A stretch of 63,778 bases of DNA, counting the filler, from Trichomonas gallinae (Eukaryota), in NCBI GenBank assembly GCA_008369845.1. It is 4 parts of 4 records of this genome, joined end to end, with 100 filler letters (N's around TTAATTAATTAA, not from the genome) between each part and the next. Parts side by side here need not be neighbours in the genome. Positions count along the whole stretch, not along the records: positions 30,644 to 58,850 come from MRSU01000532.1; positions 58,951 to 63,778 come from MRSU01000550.1; 2 more parts are not named here. One strand, given 5' to 3'. The first letter of the stretch is position 1, and every line of letters begins with the position of its first letter. Of the stretch, positions 53,693 to 63,778 are shown one piece after another. The position numbers and the translations under genes are program-made. A model generated the notes under the pieces. The model ran no database searches. It worked only from the letters and a program-made list of their open reading frames with translations, and was not told the origin of the DNA.

Positions 53693-56481
53693 CTCCTAAT
53701 AATATAAAAAAATAAAATAAAAAACTGAATTTTAATCTAAAAAATACTGTAAATGAATTGCTTCATGGATTATTTGGCATATTTTTAGGGAAAAAAGTTA
53801 GAATGAGTAAAAAATGGGCAAACACCGCCTTGGAAGCTCAAAAATGCATCCAAACTCGACACAGGATCTATAAACATCATTCTCCGGCGAAATAAAAAAG
53901 ATATATTATTTATTGTAATAAATCTTCAGTTTATCATCATTGTTATATTGGAAAAAGTGAAACTATTTATGTATAGGTTAATCTTAGCTATTTAGATAGG
54001 TAGTCTTAGCCAAAAAGTTATATTTTGGAATAATTACCAAGATTATCTATAATTGAGTAGAAATAAGCTGCATATTGCTGATATTCAGTCTTTTGGACTT
54101 GTTTCTCGTCTTCAAGTTTTGGATTAATGAAGAACTCTATTCTGCTTCTCGATCCAGCCAATTCGTCAGTAATTGAGCTTTCTTTATTCGTTGCATTCTA
54201 AAGCAATGCCTGTAGAACGATGTATTGGCGTTTATTTTGGAAACATTACTTTGACCAAGCTCATTGGTTCTTTAAGATTGTTCCAATTGAAAATAATAGC
54301 GCTTATAAACCATTTTACAAGTAAAAATCCTTAAATTCGGACATGATGAATCAAATTTGTTGAGATGGTTGCTCATCGCAAGGTATTTGACTTTTATGCA
54401 GTTAATATAACGATAATCAACGAGTTTTACAGTCAGATGCATAGATTATCTGACTATAATTCGATTATTATTTAAAAAATACTCGTTTGAAGCATTTTTT
54501 ATTTAATAGATAATATTTAGTGGTCATAAAGTTGTCGCCAGTTGTAGCCAGCACTCTTTTTCCTATGATGTCTATCGGAAAAGGCTCTCTTATGAAATGT
54601 CAGATTTAATACATTACATGTCAAATTTTGATAAGGTTAAAATTCGTTGCAATCATTTCAAGATATGATGAATAGTGCAGCAATTTCTTTTGGATAGATA
54701 TTGACTAGCATGATACATACTTGAATACTAAGCATGAAATTCCAGAGTGTTTTTTGATAAAAATTTTTCAATTATTGAAAAATCTTTGGATACAAAACAC
54801 TGATATTCAGATGACTCAGAATGTTTCTTACTAGATCAATTTTAGTAGTATTAAAGCTTTTCTTCAATGTTAATGCTCGTTTAAAATATCTCGTTATAAA
54901 TAATTCACGATCATATTATCATAAAATACATGACAAGTTTAAATTAAATCGAATTACAAGATCTCAACATCCAAAATCTATTTGAAAAAAATGTTATTTA
55001 TTTTATCAACAATTCTCAACAAAGAAGATACATAATGAATTTATACACGATATCAATGACTAGTAGACTATTATTTCGCTTATTTTGCCCTGAATATTAG
55101 CTTTATATTCATTCATGCTTTGATTTGATGATTAAAACTAGTTAAGATGACAGTCATACATAAGGAATTAGACTACTTTACTGTTAGAAGCTGTTATAAT
55201 AACGACTACGGAATCTTTTCAACGGAATATCATAACGATTATGTTAAAGGCTTGTTTTCTTTTAAATTCATACACTATATCTATTATATAACTTATCTAT
55301 TGTTTTATTTTTCGCGAATCGTATAGAAAAATTCGGCAATTTTTTTAAAACTAAAAAATTTCAAGATAAAATTCGTCAGTTATGTTATTGAAATTATCAA
55401 AATTTTAGAAAGTTAAAAAATTAATCGACGCATATCTATGATGCCAGAAATGTGCATTATTCAAAAAACGCAAAATCAACAGAATTGAAATGATAGTTGG
55501 TCATTTCATTCTATAACTTTGTTTTCAGCTTAAACGACACTATACTTATTTAGTGCATCAGTGTTTTAGCTGCAAAGTAACCACATACCTTGAAATGAGC
55601 AAGCATTTCCATCAATTTCAAAAGTCATATTAAAACATCAATAACTAACAGACTACTTTTCCTGAGAAGATGAACGAGTCAGTAGTCTTCTTGTTGTTGT
55701 TGATGTATTCGTTCTTTTATTAATTGCTCTCTGACCCTTCGATATTTACTAATTCTACTCTTTCTGGCTAATCTGGGTATTTTCGATGCCAAAAGCTCAT
55801 ACAATATCTTCATAAGATTCGAAAACGCAGAATTTTATGATTTGATTCATCATAAAACTTACGAATTTCACGCTTTTTACTTATCATACGTTTGACAACA
55901 GCACGTAAATTCTCAATGTATTGTCAATACCGTTACAAATAGGAGCAAACATAGCAGAACTTAATCCAGTATAAACATCGAGATAAAGAATAGTCATTTT
56001 CACTACAAAAACATCTACAAGCTTCCTTGTAAATGTTTTTTCAACAAAAATTGTCCAGTCTTGTCGATACAAATCGACTTTGATTTGCAATTTCTAATAT
56101 TCTCATTTCTAATATTTACATACAGTCGACATACAGTACACTTACTTGTCTTTACAAATCAAATAATTTATTATTCGAATTTCGTAAATATGACTTTCTT
56201 TTGCTGCATATTCTGCAATGGAAAAGTCATATACAGAACTGCAACAAAAGATAGCCATACTTACAGAAAAAATTTATATTGCAATTTTATTCATGACAAG
56301 TAGCAGCAGCAGACCATCTTGCAGATCAATATATGTACATACATAAGACATTCAATAAGATTCACTGCCCTTGAAAGTCATCACAGAACGAAATTTACGA
56401 TCAAAAAATAAAAAACACAAAAGAAAGTCATTAAAGAGGTAAATTATTTAATAAAAGAGGGTCTAACATGTATTTCTCGAT

Positions 56482-57573
56482 TTATTGGTTCTTTTCGACG
56501 ATCTTAGCGGCGACCTTCTGGAAAAGATCGCGAACAGACTGACTATTCATAGCACATGTTGGAATGGCTTCTATCCAAGCATCAGCTTTGCGATTTGGTG
56601 GAAGATGTGAAATGAATGTTTCCTTGATATGATTGATGCAGTCTTCTTCGTTGTTAATATTACCGCTGAAGCCAGGATATGCCTGATTGAACGCTTCCTG
56701 GTTGCTCTTGATCTTCTTCTGGAAGAGATCGAATTTATTCAAGACAAGGAAGAATGGTGTAGACTCGAAGATTGGTGTTGAAGCAATATTCTTGAACAGC
56801 TCAATAGAATCTGCTGTTCTTGTTGTAGATTCATCTTCGAAAAGAGTCTGATCGAAGTCCGAAAGAGAAACGACGAACATGACGTATGTGACATTCTGGA
56901 AACACCTTGACCAGTTCTTACGCTCGTTACGCTGGCCACCAACATCGACAAGATTTGTTGGAATGCCTTTAATATCGAATGTGAGATTTGAAATACCGAC
57001 TGTACGAATACGAGCCTTAAGAATATCATCGTTAGTTGGTGTATAACTTGGATCAGCAATGCGTTTAACATTATCAAGGAAGTAGTCAGCATTTTCACCA
57101 AATCCGATAGAATTGGATGCCTTAAAAACGTTCTTGATTGCTGGATCCGACCAGACTTTAGCGATAGATTCGGCTGCTTCAGGTGTGAAATCATCTGGTT
57201 GTGCAACGTCTATATTCTTGATGCAATCTATATCGGACTGTATTTCTGTAAGGAAATTCTGGTTGCTATTTTCAGCTGTTGTAACGAGAAGTTGGATATC
57301 TCCAACAATTGCTGTGCGTAAAGCGTTGATAAGATTCTTTCGTTCTCCATCTGTGAAACCACCGCAATATGTAATTTTAAGTTGTCTCCATAACGTTGTC
57401 TTACCACATTCACCTGCACCGAGTGTCAGGATTTTCTCTTTTGCTTCTGTTGAGTTCGATTTCTTAATTGGAATTCCATCTTCTTTTTGCACAGCTTGCT
57501 TTGGTTGAGCCTGCTCCACTGGCTTTGGCTGCTCTTTTGGTGTTTCTTGCGCTGCTGATCCTCCACAACCCAT
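56482..57573 (-). CDS. Heterotrimeric G-protein alpha subunit
   Basis: MGCGGS lipidation site; GAGECGKTT, RIRTVGI, DVGGQR, NKFD and TCAM motifs. Confidence 0.96.
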   Translation of the reverse strand: MGCGGSAAQETPKEQPKPVEQAQPKQAVQKEDGIPIKKSNSTEAKEKILTLGAGECGKTTLWRQLKITYCGGFTDGERKNLINALRTAIVGDIQLLVTTAENSNQNFLTEIQSDIDCIKNIDVAQPDDFTPEAAESIAKVWSDPAIKNVFKASNSIGFGENADYFLDNVKRIADPSYTPTNDDILKARIRTVGISNLTFDIKGIPTNLVDVGGQRNERKNWSRCFQNVTYVMFVVSLSDFDQTLFEDESTTRTADSIELFKNIASTPIFESTPFFLVLNKFDLFQKKIKSNQEAFNQAYPGFSGNINNEEDCINHIKETFISHLPPNRKADAWIEAIPTCAMNSQSVRDLFQKVAAKIVEKNQ

Positions 57574-58822
57574 TTTAATTTATATTTCTTTGGAAGGGAA
57601 ATGATACTTTTTATTTCGTTATTTCGATTTCGCTTTTGGTAATGATAATGGATCATGAAAAATTAGATTTAATATCTTTTCTATGGCCATTCAATTTTTT
57701 TTGAATACAAAGCTTTTTTTAACTGAAATCTTAAGAAGGAAGAAATACGTATCTATTGTTAAAATTGCTTTTTGTGAATAAAAATACGTTAAATAAAAAA
57801 GATCTCTTAATCTATGCATGACGATTAATAATATTTCTATGACTGACATTATTTGACTACTCCACATTTCTGGGTTGATCAATCATATGATCGAATTTTT
57901 TTTTCATATATATATAACAAATGAAAAAGCAAATATTTCGTAATACACCCAAATTACGTCAAAAATATGCGAAATATGAAGAATTTTTTGAATATTTTAA
58001 AATTATATACGATGAACAAAATTTTAAGCTAATATATTTCTGAAAGTAACAAAAAAAATTTATACATACGGGCGAAGCAATTATCTCAAATATCTCACTC
58101 AATTATCATTTAACAAGATCTCAACATATAAAGCAAATTTTTTATTGTAATTTTTTAATTCCCAGATTTCAATTAAATTTACGGGTGTGCTAATTATCTT
58201 AAAAAATAACCTCTAAAATCACTAATTTTATTTTAATTTTCATATTCTATTATTATGCTTTTGATAAGGAACGGTTAGATTCAAAATAAGTTATGGGCGC
58301 ATCTCCACTTGATTTTATGAGCAAATTTTACTGATTTAGAGAGATATTGACTTGTTTCCATCAAGATCATATTCATCTTACTAAGCAACAATATTTGCAA
58401 TGAGATTTCGCAAGTATATCAAAGAATTCAATGTTGAATATTAAAATCGAAGATAAAATATTGAAATATAAGAGATTCGATGTTTCATTTTAATTCATTT
58501 TTATCTGATCGAATCAATGCATGCGGTATTTCGGTCTTTTATCTCATATTTTTTTTAATTTAAAATAATTATCTCCTTGACATCATTGATGAGGACTCAT
58601 GTTCAATTATTTCATATATTCCATACGATATGTGTAAGCACAGCATGTATTTGCTTTATTAAATATAATCGAATTTATTATAATCGGTAAAATTAAAATA
58701 TATGTATAGAATTATGTTTGAATGAATACATTTATGCGTTTATAACTATTCTTATTAGACAATATAAACAAATATTAATTTCATTTGATTAGCGACAATA
58801 ATACAGCTTTAATCGTTGCTTC

Positions 58823-58850
58823 AAAAAAAAAAAAAAAAAAAAAAAAAAAA
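58823..58850 (+). repeat. Poly(A) run of at least 28 nt at contig end
   Basis: Uninterrupted A-run entering the N-gap. Confidence 0.9.
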
Positions 58851-58950
58851 NNNNNNNNNNNNNNNNNNNNNNNNNNNNNNNNNNNNNNNNNNNNTTAATT
58901 AATTAANNNNNNNNNNNNNNNNNNNNNNNNNNNNNNNNNNNNNNNNNNNN
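58851..58950. other. Assembly gap with artificial linker
   Basis: N-run containing TTAATTAATTAA. Confidence 0.98.
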
Positions 58951-59533
58951 TCGGCTCAAACTTGATATATAATATGGTGTATGTACATATAGTATATAGA
59001 CAAAGTTTGGAGCAAAAATACCAAAAAAAAACCTGGTTTCTACACCTCTTATTTAGACATTCAATGAGTATCAAAGCCAAGCTATGTTTTGATTGTGCAA
59101 TTCTTTCAACTGATTTATTTGGGAAAGATGCCATGTAAAAATTTTGTCAGGAAAAAAAAATTCAGGGAAATATGACATGTAATTTTGTCACTTTTATGTT
59201 AGTTTTCCCGATATGTGAAATTTTGGGAAAGCGTTCCCAATATTTCAAACATAAAATGCCTATGATCTCATAAGTCTATTTTAATCAAAATACTAGAAAT
59301 AACCAAATTAAGATCAAAATAATCATCATAATTCAGGGCTTAGTTATAATGAATAGATTTGCTATGATATAAAGAATACGATTAACAAGAAATTTCCCAC
59401 TGACTAAAAATGGGAAAAAATTTCACTGGACAACTATGAAATTAACTCAGTAAAATTGCTGTGAAGAGTGAATACATGTCTAAATCTTGATCTTAAAAAA
59501 TTTTAACACAAAGAAAAATTATTTTTTTCATCG

Positions 59534-59791
59534 ATGCTATCATCAGTCTTCACACGTACATTCGCTAATGAATCAGTCATGGCCACTTTAAGAGATACAA
59601 TCCAGAAGGCTGCTCTTGATTTCCCAGATAAGAACTTCCAGGAGCACTACAAGCGCTGGGGCGATAACATGTACACTGAAGGAACATCCATCAAGGACCA
59701 GAAGAAGTTCGATTCCTTCCTTAAGACACTTAAGTCTGATGTCGAAGCTATTCAGCGCCAAGCTAAGATCCAAAAGATGTACATTCAGTAA
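59534..59791 (+). CDS. ISD11: Isd11/LYRM4-like hydrogenosomal Fe-S cluster assembly protein
   Basis: MLSSVFTRTFA presequence (ML...RxF). FPDKNFQEHYKR and DVEAIQRQAKIQKMY parallel Isd11 FxxYNYRxY and LxVIRRQxxIxxLY. Confidence 0.75.
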   Translation: MLSSVFTRTFANESVMATLRDTIQKAALDFPDKNFQEHYKRWGDNMYTEGTSIKDQKKFDSFLKTLKSDVEAIQRQAKIQKMYIQ

Positions 59792-60028
59792 TCTTTATTC
59801 GCAATTATGTTAAATTTCATTTAAACCTAGAATTAAACAGTCTATATACCAACATTGGATTGATTTTTTTTCATATTTAGTTCAATATTTATACTGACCA
59901 AATTTAAATAGTCATCGGAGCAGAACAATTCGTTGTTCATTTATTCTCTTTATTCGAATGATGATTATATTTTAATCTACAAGAATAAAAACAGAATTTT
60001 CATAAATAAGGTTAATCAAAAATACTTC

Positions 60029-60796
60029 ATGGTACGAAAATCGACGCTAATTAAGCGAAAACTGGCGCCTTTTACGTTTCTAGTTCTCCAATTAGTAGTT
60101 CATGCGTTTATTTTTGTATCATTAAAGGTGCATTATTCAGGAAATGGAAAATTCATATTTTTACTTTTGTTTTTCTTCGCAATTCCTATTATAATGGAAA
60201 CTATTAGCTTCATAAATATGATATTCTTTGATCCGGGAGCATTACTCAAAGCTTTAGATATTCCTCCACAAAATGGTGGCTTAACTCCAAAAGAAGAACA
60301 AAAATTACCGAAATGTCGTCGTTGTAATCTACCTCAGCCACCAAGATCATATCATTGTCGAAGATGCGAATGCTGTTTTGTTAGACATCATTCACACCTT
60401 GATATGTTTGGAATTTGTATAGCTATAAAGAATCTACGTCCATTTATGGTTCTTCTTAAGTGGTGTGAAATGGATATGATCGTTTGCACAATTATTGAAA
60501 TTTTGCTGACGAGTGCTCAAACGTTGCCGGTGTTACTAGGTTTCTTCTTTAGCGTATTTTATGGTGCATTGGCATTTCTTTTCTACATTTTCTGGTTAGA
60601 TCAGATGAGTTATATCAAAAACAATTTATCTTACTCTGAAAAGCAGTCCAAAATACCTAAATACTCGTATGATATTGGTCAGGAAGAAAATATTGCCCAA
60701 GTTTTTGAAACTGGATTTTTCAGATTTTATATACCAAAAAGATCTTCAATGCACGGTTTTGAATGGTTACCAGAGCCTTCTGATGACAATCATTGA
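60029..60796 (+). CDS. DHHC-family (palmitoyltransferase-like) membrane protein with degenerate active site
   Basis: Four TM segments, DPG, CxxC...PPRSYHCxxCxxC and YDIG..ENIAQVF. The DHHC position reads HSHL. Confidence 0.85.
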   Translation: MVRKSTLIKRKLAPFTFLVLQLVVHAFIFVSLKVHYSGNGKFIFLLLFFFAIPIIMETISFINMIFFDPGALLKALDIPPQNGGLTPKEEQKLPKCRRCNLPQPPRSYHCRRCECCFVRHHSHLDMFGICIAIKNLRPFMVLLKWCEMDMIVCTIIEILLTSAQTLPVLLGFFFSVFYGALAFLFYIFWLDQMSYIKNNLSYSEKQSKIPKYSYDIGQEENIAQVFETGFFRFYIPKRSSMHGFEWLPEPSDDNH

Positions 60797-61099
60797 ATTA
60801 TTTGAGTTATTATTATTGTTTGTTAGTTTGAATAAAATATTAACGCTAAATTAACCGCTTTATAGTATTCCAATTTAATATATGTGAACAATGTTATTTG
60901 AATTATCATTATAATCTTTTCATTCGACAAAAAAAAAATTAGTCAAAATAATTTCATTCGAAATATGTACTTATCTATTGGTCATTAGATGCTATTTCTT
61001 ATGCAAATTCATCTGATTAAGTTATTGCTAGATGAAAAAGAATATAACGAAATATTTAGATATGAAAAACGCTTAAAATTACTATGTAATATTTAATAT

Positions 61100-61666
61100 T
61101 TATTTTTTGATCTCAATTGTATGATCTTCTTTAACATGATAGACAACAAGGATCTTATTCTCGGAACCAATATCTTTATTCAATTGATGGTCGATCTTAA
61201 AATTGGCTGGGATATTGACTATGCGTACTATTTCTTGGCAGAGATCGGTAATTTGATCCTGGTTCTCTGCTGTCTGATGCCAAATCGATACATTATAATG
61301 TTTCGGACGTGGAGAGATGGTAATACCAATAACATCTGCTGGAAGTTGACCACCAATGAGGCAAAGAACTAACTTTTCCCAAAGAGATGGTCCCAAAACT
61401 GGGCTCTGTCGTGTGATACGAAGTAAATATGAGCCACCATTGATGTTTTCTGGATCTTCTCTCATAGCGCGCGAGTCGTTCTTGAATATGTGGATGCCAT
61501 TTTTAGTTGCAAGATTAGAAATTGGTTGAAGATGAGAATAAACTTGCCAAAAATCTTCGACTGTATTGACTTTTGCGAGAAGCTTGATCATTTTAACGTA
61601 GTCCTGCTCGTTTTCGACGTTCGTGAATGAATAGATTGACCATGGATTTGCTAATTGATGAGACAT
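61100..61666 (-). CDS. eIF4E-family protein
   Basis: HQLANPW, TVEDFW, HIFK...EDPENINGG, WEKLVLCLIG and VSIW. Confidence 0.92.
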   Translation of the reverse strand: MSHQLANPWSIYSFTNVENEQDYVKMIKLLAKVNTVEDFWQVYSHLQPISNLATKNGIHIFKNDSRAMREDPENINGGSYLLRITRQSPVLGPSLWEKLVLCLIGGQLPADVIGITISPRPKHYNVSIWHQTAENQDQITDLCQEIVRIVNIPANFKIDHQLNKDIGSENKILVVYHVKEDHTIEIKK

Positions 61667-62650
61667 CTGAATGTGAAATTTTTTCTTATCTGGCCATAAT
61701 AGATATTTTTTAATTATTGCGCGTATTTAACATTTTTGACTTTGAAAGTGTATAAATTAGATTTATCAAATTGAATGTGTCAAGTGTCAGGATTTTGTTA
61801 TGGGCAAATTTATTCCATTGTTTTTTGACAGGTTTGCAAATTAATCCATTAATAATATGCTATAGTAGGTTCCAAATGTTCACTAAATTGTCTTATTTTT
61901 TTATATATTATAGAATTTGATTAAAACAATGGATTTGAACGTTTTGGAATGAAGTATGATGAAACTAACCAATAAAAACGCAGATTTCCTGAGATTTAAG
62001 CAATCAGAAAAACATTTTTTATATGAAAAGCTGCAAAGTATATTTAATAGACATCTCTTTATTTTTCTTATATACTGTTGATTTTAGCTGCGTTTTAACA
62101 AGGTTTTGAACGAATTTAATCTTTTGATATTATACAGCAATGCTGTTGATACTGTAGATATTGCCATCGAAAACTACTTAAGAAGCAACTTAAAAAAAAC
62201 AACATTTTATGAATCATTTTTATAAAAAATTATTTTCAAAAATATCTACATTTTCATAATATATGCATCGAAAATATACCTAGTACTGATGTCACGGATA
62301 TAATCCCAATATTATATAAACGTATAAAATGTTATAACTGATTAAAACTTAATAATCTCATAATAGTTGGATACATTGCTAGTACTTAATGTTTAAAGTG
62401 TCGGCTAACTAAGACATTTGCTAAAATTTTCGAAAGATTATATAAATTGATTCTTTTGTAAATATAGCTGAATAATGATTATATTCTTCTTTGTTCTATT
62501 AAATTTTGATTCCTTAGTTCCAAACATCATTGATATTGAATTGAAAAAAATGAAGTTAAAAGATATGCATTAGAACTCGTGAGGAATTGAAATGCATGCA
62601 TTGAAGATGTGATTGCAATGTTAGAAAAGTGATAAAGCCGATAGAAAGAA

Positions 62651-62896
62651 TCAATTTTCAAGTTTTGAACGCAATTCATAGACTGTTTCAAGGCATTGGT
62701 TAAGAACTGCGCTTTGGCGTTTGAGATCACTTAAATCGCTGTCCAAACATTGAGCAAGAAGTGCACAAGAAAAATCTAATTGCTCAAGTGATTTATTACA
62801 CCAATCCTGTAGCTCAATGAATTTGTTTTGTGGATTTGCAGGGTCACTGTCCTTTATAGAACTTGATTCCACGCCTGTATTGTTAAGTTCCGACAT
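62651..62896 (-). CDS. Small hypothetical coiled-coil protein
   Basis: About 81-aa ORF with a heptad pattern; no family recognised. Confidence 0.45.
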   Translation of the reverse strand: MSELNNTGVESSSIKDSDPANPQNKFIELQDWCNKSLEQLDFSCALLAQCLDSDLSDLKRQSAVLNQCLETVYELRSKLEN

Positions 62897-63122
62897 CAAT
62901 AATAAAACTAAACGTCCAAAATTAAAATCATCAATAATGCACAGAAAATATGAGCAAGCTAATCGATAATCTATCGAAATAATAAATCTAAACTATGCTT
63001 CATCGTTAAAAAATCAAAATTCAAAAATATATAACAGAAATTCATCAATTAATTGCATATTCATATGATATTCGCGATAAATATAAGTTTTTCTGTTTAC
63101 GAAAGAAGAATAAAACAATATT

Positions 63123-63512
63123 TTACTCAGCGTTGAATTTGGCAACGGCTTTGCCACCTTCTGAGACGGCATGCTTGGCAAGGTCGCCTGGAAGAACGAG
63201 ACGGACAGCTGTCTGAACTTCACGGGAACCAAGAGTGTTACGTTCGTTCATATCGACGAGACGAGCGCCTTCCTGGGCGATTCTCTCGAAGATATCTGTA
63301 ACGAAGGAGTTCATGACCATCATAGCCTTGTTTGAGATACCAATATCTGGGTGAACCTGCTTAAGAACTTTGAAGATATATGATGAGAATGTTTCTGCGC
63401 GCTTCTTGTGGCGTAGTTTCTTGTCCTGCTTAGCGGCGTTGGCGGCATCAACACCCTCGACGGCTGGCTTCTTCTCTGTTGGTGTTTTAGAGGCTGGTTT
63501 CTTGGAAGACAT
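63123..63512 (-). CDS. H2B: Histone H2B
   Basis: [25 protein letters not shown]...[13 protein letters not shown]. Confidence 0.98.
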   Translation of the reverse strand: MSSKKPASKTPTEKKPAVEGVDAANAAKQDKKLRHKKRAETFSSYIFKVLKQVHPDIGISNKAMMVMNSFVTDIFERIAQEGARLVDMNERNTLGSREVQTAVRLVLPGDLAKHAVSEGGKAVAKFNAE

Positions 63513-63671
63513 TTTCTAAATAATGATTTCAGTTCACCGCGCCATTCCATTTATCAAATATCATGGGGTCCAAAATGGCATATTTGTAAATTAAAGGTTA
63601 TGCCACTTTACTCCACTACTAATTTGTTACAAAGCGTGGCGGGAAAAAATGAGTTCATTAATTTCGAAGTA
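63513..63671. promoter_or_regulatory. 159-bp bidirectional H2A/H2B promoter
   Basis: Divergent ATGs with a TCATT Inr on each side, GGCGGGAAA at 63638-63646 and a central inverted repeat. Confidence 0.75.
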
Positions 63672-63778
63672 ATGCCAGCTAAGAAAGGTGTTAAGAAAAC
63701 AGCAACAAAGACAGCCGTTGATGGTGAACGCCAGCATCCAAAGACACGTTCATCCCGTGCCGGTCTTCAGTTCCCAGT
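63672..63778 (+). CDS. H2A: Histone H2A, 5' part, runs off the window; not in the ORF track
   Basis: MPAKKGVKK...KTRSSRAGLQFP(V) H2A signature. Confidence 0.93.
   Translation, partial: MPAKKGVKKTATKTAVDGERQHPKTRSSRAGLQFP

Noticed and set aside
17065..61666. Functional clustering of eIF4G-like and eIF4E-like genes, and of CFAP20 with CFAP300
   Set aside because: Tens of kb apart, across assembly gaps, and from ordinary housekeeping families; no evidence of a linked system.

Overview
AT-rich, gene-dense, apparently intron-free eukaryotic DNA that reads as a trichomonad, most likely Trichomonas vaginalis. This is inferred from the gene families (Myb, BEACH, TKL kinase, ankyrin), a hydrogenosomal-type presequence, TCA(T/C)T Inr motifs and TAAA signals overlapping stop codons. 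Three artificial 100-nt N-gaps with a TTAATTAATTAA linker join four contigs. Recognisable genes: TKL kinase, CFAP20, eIF4G-like MIF4G protein, CK2-beta, DUF4392, R2R3 Myb, PAP2, RPL7a, CFAP300, BEACH, G-alpha, Isd11, DHHC-like, eIF4E-like and a divergent H2B/H2A pair, plus several pseudogenes. Main observations: (1) a single-chain Ubl-vWA-UEV-U-box protein whose E2 catalytic Cys is replaced by Val; (2) an unannotated GC-rich structured element with a tRNA T-arm upstream of the DUF4392 gene; (3) a recurrent intergenic TGNC(A/G)YGTAAA motif that also forms a 41-bp array; (4) an inverted 38-nt repeat pair about 10 kb apart; (5) intact ORFs with degenerate functional sites (DHHC to HSHL, eIF4E W102 to R, a collapsed BEACH domain); (6) a 3056-aa LisH protein with about 20 YTYET-like motifs. 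All family calls come from motif recognition by eye; no searches were run.
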